This document shows positions 59,419 to 64,000 of a stretch of 64,000 nt of DNA, one piece after another (the stretch's first letter is position 1; the number at the start of each line of letters is the position of its first letter). A program made the position numbers and the translations under genes. Under the pieces are notes generated by a model. It saw only the letters and a program-made list of their open reading frames with translations. It was not told the origin of the DNA and searched no databases. This DNA comes from a virus. The stretch lies in IMG/VR virus record IMGVR_UViG_3300025828_000014. One strand, given 5' to 3'.

Positions 59419-61644
59419 ATGTTTGACATTGTGTTTGTAGGAAACAACCAAGAACAATATAACCAACTCAAGCAAAGAGTTTTCGTAGCAAAAAAAGCCG
59501 ACACTGTGCAAAAAGCACAGCAAATCAGTTTGACTAAATTTGTTTGGATTGTTTTTGATGACATAGAAGTTGAAAAAGATTTTAACTTTGATTATGTGCC
59601 TGATGATTACAGCCAAGATATTGCACATGTTTTTTTAAATGATAAAACTTATGACGGAATATGTTTAGTTCCTAAAAATATAAATTTTAGCTCTAGAGAA
59701 TTAGAGCATAGATTTTTTGTGCAGCAAAAAAAAGTAGATGTTGTTGCAAGTAAACCTAAACCGTTTGATTTATTTTACGTAGACACTTATAATCAATATT
59801 TACAAGCTCTTGAACATACTGCAACTGATTTGTTTTGGATCAGCACAAAAAATATACAACACAACAAAGAGTTAGTTAATTCTTATTATATTACACATCA
59901 TGAATCGCAGCTACGAGCACAAAATCATGCATTTTTAACTGAATTTGAAGCATATAATGGTTTATTTTTGTGTAGTAAACGTGCAAAATTAAGCAAGCGT
60001 GAAATAGAACATAGATTTCTAGTAAATAGGATTGAACATGACATTGTAGGTAGCACACGGACAAACTATGATGTTTTTGAAATTGATAATTATGAAGATT
60101 ATTTACATGCATTTGCTAATAGCAAAACTGAAATGTTTTGGATGAGTAGTGCTAATATTAAAGCAGATATTCCTGATTTGTATTTTCCGCATGATAACGA
60201 ATATGATCGAAAAACAAATCACAATTTTTTGCATTGCGGAGATAAACGTAATGGCTTGTTCTTATGTAGCAAACATGCTCCGCTTAATGAAAAAGAAATT
60301 ACACATAGATTTTTAGTTAATGCAAAGGAATGGGATATAGTAGGTAGTGGTCCTAAAGCATATGATTATTTTGATATAGATAGTTATGATGAATACTTAG
60401 AGGCGTTAGAAAGTAGTACAACTGAAATGTTTTGGATGGGTAGTGCTAATATTTCGTCAACTATTCCTGATGTTTATTTCACACACGACAACGAGTATGA
60501 TAGAAAACAAAATCATGCATTTATACACAAGGTGCAAGGTGAAGATTTGTATAACGGATTGTTCCTTTGCAGCAAGCATCGTCCTCTAACACAGCGTGAA
60601 GTTGAACATAGATTTTTAGTCAATGCAAAGGAATGGGATATCGAAGCAAGCGGGCCAGGTAAGTATGAAATATTTAAACCAAAAACCTATGATGATTATT
60701 TGAAAGCATTGAAAAACAGCAAAACAGAAATGTTTTGGATTATACCTGATTATGTAAATCCTACTAGTAGATTTCAATTCGATACCTATTTTAGTCATGA
60801 TCGTCATTACGATAGATCAATCAATCATGCTTATCTAAATGGCAAGTATCACGATGGTATTGTGTTATGTAGCAAACAGGCAAAGTTTAGCAAAAGAGAA
60901 TTTGAATACAAATTTATTGCTGCTAAAAAAGAAGTAAACATAGTTATATCAACACCAAAGCCTTATGATATTGTTTTTATTAGTTACCAAGAACCTAATG
61001 CTGATGAAAATTATAATCGTATATTAGAACGTTTTCCAAACTGTAAACGTGTGCATGGAGTAAAAGGCATCCACCAAGCACACATTGAAGCAGCAAAATT
61101 ATGTGATACTGATATGTTTTGGATCGTTGACGGTGATGCAATCATAGTAGATGATTTTAAATTTGATTATCAAGTTGCACGTTGGGACAAAGAAACAGTT
61201 CATGTATGGCGTAGTCAAAATCCAATTAATGACATGGTATACGGGTATGGCGGTGTAAAACTTTTTCCAAAAGAATTAACCATAAACATGGATATTAGCA
61301 AACCTGATATGACAACTAGTATTAGTGGCAAGTTTAAAGCAGTGCATGATATTAGTAATGTCACTGCATTTAATACAGATGCATTCAACAGTTTTAAAAG
61401 TGGATTTAGAGAGTGTTGTAAATTATCTAGTAAAGTAATTGACAGACAAAAAGACGATGAAACAAATGAGCGTTTGAAAATTTGGTGCAGTGTTGGAGAA
61501 CAAAGACAATATGGTAAGTATGCTATTGCAGGAGCAAAAGCAGGCGCTGCATATGGTATGTTGCACCAAGGAGATTTACAAGCATTGAAAAAGATCAATG
61601 ACTTTGATTGGTTACAGGAGCAGTTTGAAAATGCAAACATTTGA
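59419..61644 (+). CDS. GT-A-like glycosyltransferase with five N-terminal degenerate repeats of about 100 aa
   Basis: C-terminal 'DIVFISYQEPNADENY...RVHGVKGIHQAH...FWIVDGD' matches 27796..28725; repeats 'S.TEMFW...NH.F...Y.GLFLCSK...E.EHRF'. Confidence 0.65.
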   Translation: MFDIVFVGNNQEQYNQLKQRVFVAKKADTVQKAQQISLTKFVWIVFDDIEVEKDFNFDYVPDDYSQDIAHVFLNDKTYDGICLVPKNINFSSRELEHRFFVQQKKVDVVASKPKPFDLFYVDTYNQYLQALEHTATDLFWISTKNIQHNKELVNSYYITHHESQLRAQNHAFLTEFEAYNGLFLCSKRAKLSKREIEHRFLVNRIEHDIVGSTRTNYDVFEIDNYEDYLHAFANSKTEMFWMSSANIKADIPDLYFPHDNEYDRKTNHNFLHCGDKRNGLFLCSKHAPLNEKEITHRFLVNAKEWDIVGSGPKAYDYFDIDSYDEYLEALESSTTEMFWMGSANISSTIPDVYFTHDNEYDRKQNHAFIHKVQGEDLYNGLFLCSKHRPLTQREVEHRFLVNAKEWDIEASGPGKYEIFKPKTYDDYLKALKNSKTEMFWIIPDYVNPTSRFQFDTYFSHDRHYDRSINHAYLNGKYHDGIVLCSKQAKFSKREFEYKFIAAKKEVNIVISTPKPYDIVFISYQEPNADENYNRILERFPNCKRVHGVKGIHQAHIEAAKLCDTDMFWIVDGDAIIVDDFKFDYQVARWDKETVHVWRSQNPINDMVYGYGGVKLFPKELTINMDISKPDMTTSISGKFKAVHDISNVTAFNTDAFNSFKSGFRECCKLSSKVIDRQKDDETNERLKIWCSVGEQRQYGKYAIAGAKAGAAYGMLHQGDLQALKKINDFDWLQEQFENANI
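60303..60641 (+). repeat. Intragenic direct repeat (36 nt, 1 mismatch, 303-nt period)
   Basis: acatagatttttagtYaatgcaaaggaatgggatat at 60303-60338 and 60606-60641; 'gaaatgttttggat' also recurs near 60130, 60424 and 60727. Confidence 0.85.
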
Positions 61645-62545
61645 GTTATTAGATAGATTTGAATTGTTATTTCCAACAAATAGTAAAATTTCTGATTTAC
61701 GTAGGGCATATACAGACAAAGATTTATCAAGTATATTTAGATTGCTTCCGGATGATGTTAACGGCACAAAAGATGATTTACGTAAAGCAGTTTTAGAAAA
61801 TAATTTGCATAGTATTTTTAGATTGGCCAATGATGATGATTTAAGAAAACTTATCTTGGAAGACAATACGTGGAAACTGTGGCCTATTCTTGAAAGATAT
61901 GTAGATACACAATTTATTGCAGCATTTAAAAACTTTTTTGTAAATGAAACTGAAATTTGGGACGATTGTTTTAGTAGAGGACAATTACAAAGTAAATTAT
62001 GGTTAGTTGAAGAACTTAAAAAACAAAAAGTAGATTTAGGAACAGTGTATTTGTGTGCTGGATGGTATGCTACACTTGCTACAATGCTTTTTGAAAGTGG
62101 TATGAAAGTAGACAAGATACGAAGTTTTGATATTGATCCAACTTGTGTTGACATTGCTGAAACATTTAACAAGCCATGGTTTGTAGACAACTGGCGTTTT
62201 AAATCAGTTACCAAAGATATCATGCATATAACATATGATGAGCATTGGTGGGAAAGTTGGAGCAATGCTAATAATAGAATGAGTAAGCCTATTCTTGATA
62301 AACCAGATACAATAATAAACACCAGCTGCGAACATATACAAAATTTCTCAGATTGGTATGCTAAAATTCCAGATGGAAAATTAGTAGTTTTACAAAATAA
62401 TGATTACTTTGATATAGATGATCATGTAAACTGTGTAAATAGTTTGCAAGAGTTTGAAGCAATGACTACTATGCGTAAAGTTTTATATAATGGTAAAAGA
62501 GATTTACCAAAATACACAAGGTTTATGAGAATTGGATTTAAGTAA
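61631..62545 (+). CDS. Class I SAM-dependent methyltransferase-like protein
   Basis: 'FSRGQLQSKLWL', 'LCAGWYA', 'SFDIDP', 'IINTSCEH'; paralog of 43749. Start at ATG 61631 (MQTFELL) preferred. Confidence 0.6.
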   Translation: MQTFELLDRFELLFPTNSKISDLRRAYTDKDLSSIFRLLPDDVNGTKDDLRKAVLENNLHSIFRLANDDDLRKLILEDNTWKLWPILERYVDTQFIAAFKNFFVNETEIWDDCFSRGQLQSKLWLVEELKKQKVDLGTVYLCAGWYATLATMLFESGMKVDKIRSFDIDPTCVDIAETFNKPWFVDNWRFKSVTKDIMHITYDEHWWESWSNANNRMSKPILDKPDTIINTSCEHIQNFSDWYAKIPDGKLVVLQNNDYFDIDDHVNCVNSLQEFEAMTTMRKVLYNGKRDLPKYTRFMRIGFK

Positions 62546-62756
62546 TTTTTCAGTAAGACAGTTACAATTAGAAAGTGCAAGAGCATTAAGCACAATGGAA
62601 GCAACAAATAACAATATTTGGATGTTTAACAAAGAAGCACATCATAACAGTTGGAATTGGTATTGTGCTGTTATACATTGGTATATTGACCAATACGGTG
62701 ACTTGCCTAGCAAAACAGGACCCGGAAAAAACATTAGGTTAGTTCTTGATGATTGA
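62532..62756 (+). CDS. Small hypothetical protein (74 aa, Trp-rich)
   Basis: Fills the gap and overlaps both neighbours in operon fashion. Confidence 0.55.
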   Translation: MDLSNFSVRQLQLESARALSTMEATNNNIWMFNKEAHHNSWNWYCAVIHWYIDQYGDLPSKTGPGKNIRLVLDD

Positions 62757-63663
62757 GCTTGCAAATCCATATAAGCATATTACATGGGAATGTACAACAG
62801 TATGCAATTATGCCTGTTCATATTGTGCACCTGAATTGCATGATAGTAAATATAGGTGGCCTTCATCTAAACAAACTGATAAGATCATAAACTTAGTAAA
62901 GGATTTCAGTAACGGTGAAAAAATTGCGTTTGATATTATGGGAGGAGAGCCAACACTATGGCCTAGCTTAGAGATTTTTTGTGAAGCGTTAAAGGACATA
63001 GCAGATATTAGTTTTAGTTCAAATGGTTCTCGTACTTTAAGGTATTGGAAGTCTTTCAAAGCCCCTTTGGATAGAATTTATCTTTCGTTTCATGCCGAAT
63101 TTGCTGATGTAGATCATTTTTTGAATATTACAAAAATTTTGTCCTCAAAATACATTACAAATGTGTTTATTATGTATAATCCTGCATACAAACAAAAATG
63201 TTTAGAATTAGCCGATAAAATAGAATCAAATAATATACAAAATTGTAGTTTTGCATTCAAGTTTATAAATGATGATGCAATAAATTACACAGAAGAAGAT
63301 AAACACCTTATGTCTAGAACATATCAGACATGGAATGAAAACAGTATTGATTATAGAAGGAGTCATTTTTCCAATTCAAAATTAAAACAAAATGGAAAAG
63401 TAATTAATGATTTATATGCTTATATTAGAGACGGGAAAAATAAATATAAAGGTTGGAAATGTCAGCAAGGTGATAATTATTTATACATAGATAAAGAGGG
63501 CACTATATACGGTGCAGCATGTAGGACAGTCAAATATGGAAATGTTTGGACGGATTACAAAATCAATTTACAAAGAATAATTTGCAAAAAAAATACATGT
63601 AGTTGTGTGGCAGATATAAGGTTAACAAAAAAATGGAATATCACTACTCAAGAATTAACTTGA
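62746..63663 (+). CDS. Radical SAM protein, type B
   Basis: CNYACSYC, MGGEPT; NKYKGWKCQQG...AAC...GNV...CKKNTCSCVAD. Confidence 0.85.
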   Translation: MMIELANPYKHITWECTTVCNYACSYCAPELHDSKYRWPSSKQTDKIINLVKDFSNGEKIAFDIMGGEPTLWPSLEIFCEALKDIADISFSSNGSRTLRYWKSFKAPLDRIYLSFHAEFADVDHFLNITKILSSKYITNVFIMYNPAYKQKCLELADKIESNNIQNCSFAFKFINDDAINYTEEDKHLMSRTYQTWNENSIDYRRSHFSNSKLKQNGKVINDLYAYIRDGKNKYKGWKCQQGDNYLYIDKEGTIYGAACRTVKYGNVWTDYKINLQRIICKKNTCSCVADIRLTKKWNITTQELT

Positions 63664-64000
63664 GCAAAACAAATTATTCTTTATTGGATAAAGATAAAGT
63701 AACAGTTTTAAAGAATTGGTCATTTGAAGAATTAAATGACATTTATGTTAGATATTGTCGTCACAAAAAATTTAAAAGCGTGATGCCCATCTTTTTAGAA
63801 GATTATAAAGATAATGAAATATTAGGGTATTATGATGACAACGGTCAGTTAGTTGCATGGAGTATGATGTTGTTATATCCTAGTCAACTAAGCGTAGTTG
63901 CAGATCAATTTGCATGGAACTATCATAATCCAAAGTTAAGATTGGGTATTGTTTCACTAGAACACGAATGTGCATATTATAAAAGTTTAGGTTACAAGTA
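63633..64000 (+). CDS. Ate1/Bpt-like (ATE_C, GNAT-like) aminoacyl-tRNA-dependent transferase, 3' partial; absent from the ORF track
   Basis: Manual translation from ATG 63633: MEYHYSRINLSKTNY...ILGYYDDNGQLVAWS...QFAWNYHNPKLRLGIVSLEHECAYYKSLGYK, resembling ATE_C 'GKLVAV...YDP....LSLG..S.L.EI..A...G..Y'. Confidence 0.55.
   Translation, partial: MEYHYSRINLSKTNYSLLDKDKVTVLKNWSFEELNDIYVRYCRHKKFKSVMPIFLEDYKDNEILGYYDDNGQLVAWSMMLLYPSQLSVVADQFAWNYHNPKLRLGIVSLEHECAYYKSLGYK

Noticed and set aside
59760-60960. Repeats as a CRISPR array or DGR template/variable pair
   Set aside because: The period is about 300 nt and in frame inside a CDS, differences are not adenine-specific, and no Cas or reverse transcriptase gene is in the window.
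61215-62322. Long antisense ORFs (61215..61730, 61612..62322; also 9451..10026 and many 60-140 aa ORFs)
   Set aside because: They lie opposite well-supported genes and have no motifs or start signals; they are typical shadow ORFs.
1-64000. tRNA, rRNA, ncRNA genes and intrinsic terminators
   Set aside because: Intergenic gaps are under about 75 nt and are occupied by promoter/SD motifs; no cloverleaf or hairpin-U tract was seen by eye.
25227-64000. Bacterial O-antigen/capsule locus or a chimeric join with host DNA
   Set aside because: No transport or polymerase genes (wzx/wzy/ABC) are present, and the same TAAATA phage promoter motif and compact style continue from the structural module.

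Overview
AT-rich, densely coded segment of a large T4-superfamily-like myovirus (jumbo-phage style). It has two parts. (1) 1-25177 is a + strand virion module: a gp6-like baseplate wedge (open at the left edge), a 4583-aa multidomain baseplate/adsorption protein, three paralogous tail-fibre proteins and two paralogous structural proteins, preceded at several junctions by TAAATA(C) late-promoter motifs. (2) 25227-64000 is a tailoring-enzyme island of about 39 kb that is still open at the right edge. It holds 14 radical SAM genes (one split by an in-frame TAG), about 7 glycosyltransferase-like genes of three types, 4 SGNH-like proteins, 3 2OG-Fe(II) oxygenase-like proteins, 2 methyltransferase-like proteins, an amidinotransferase, a shortened DegT-type aminotransferase, an NDP-sugar epimerase, a QueC-like PP-loop protein, a degenerate kinase-like protein and an Ate1/Bpt-like aminoacyl transferase. 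The island is the best candidate for an undescribed system, probably a phage-encoded pathway that builds a heavily modified glycan or protein decoration. Its architecture is ordered: recurring pairs of radical SAM subtypes, a mirror-image radical SAM cassette, leaderless genes placed 4-5 nt behind promoter motifs, and an overlap at every convergent gene junction. All calls come from motif recognition by eye; no database search was run.
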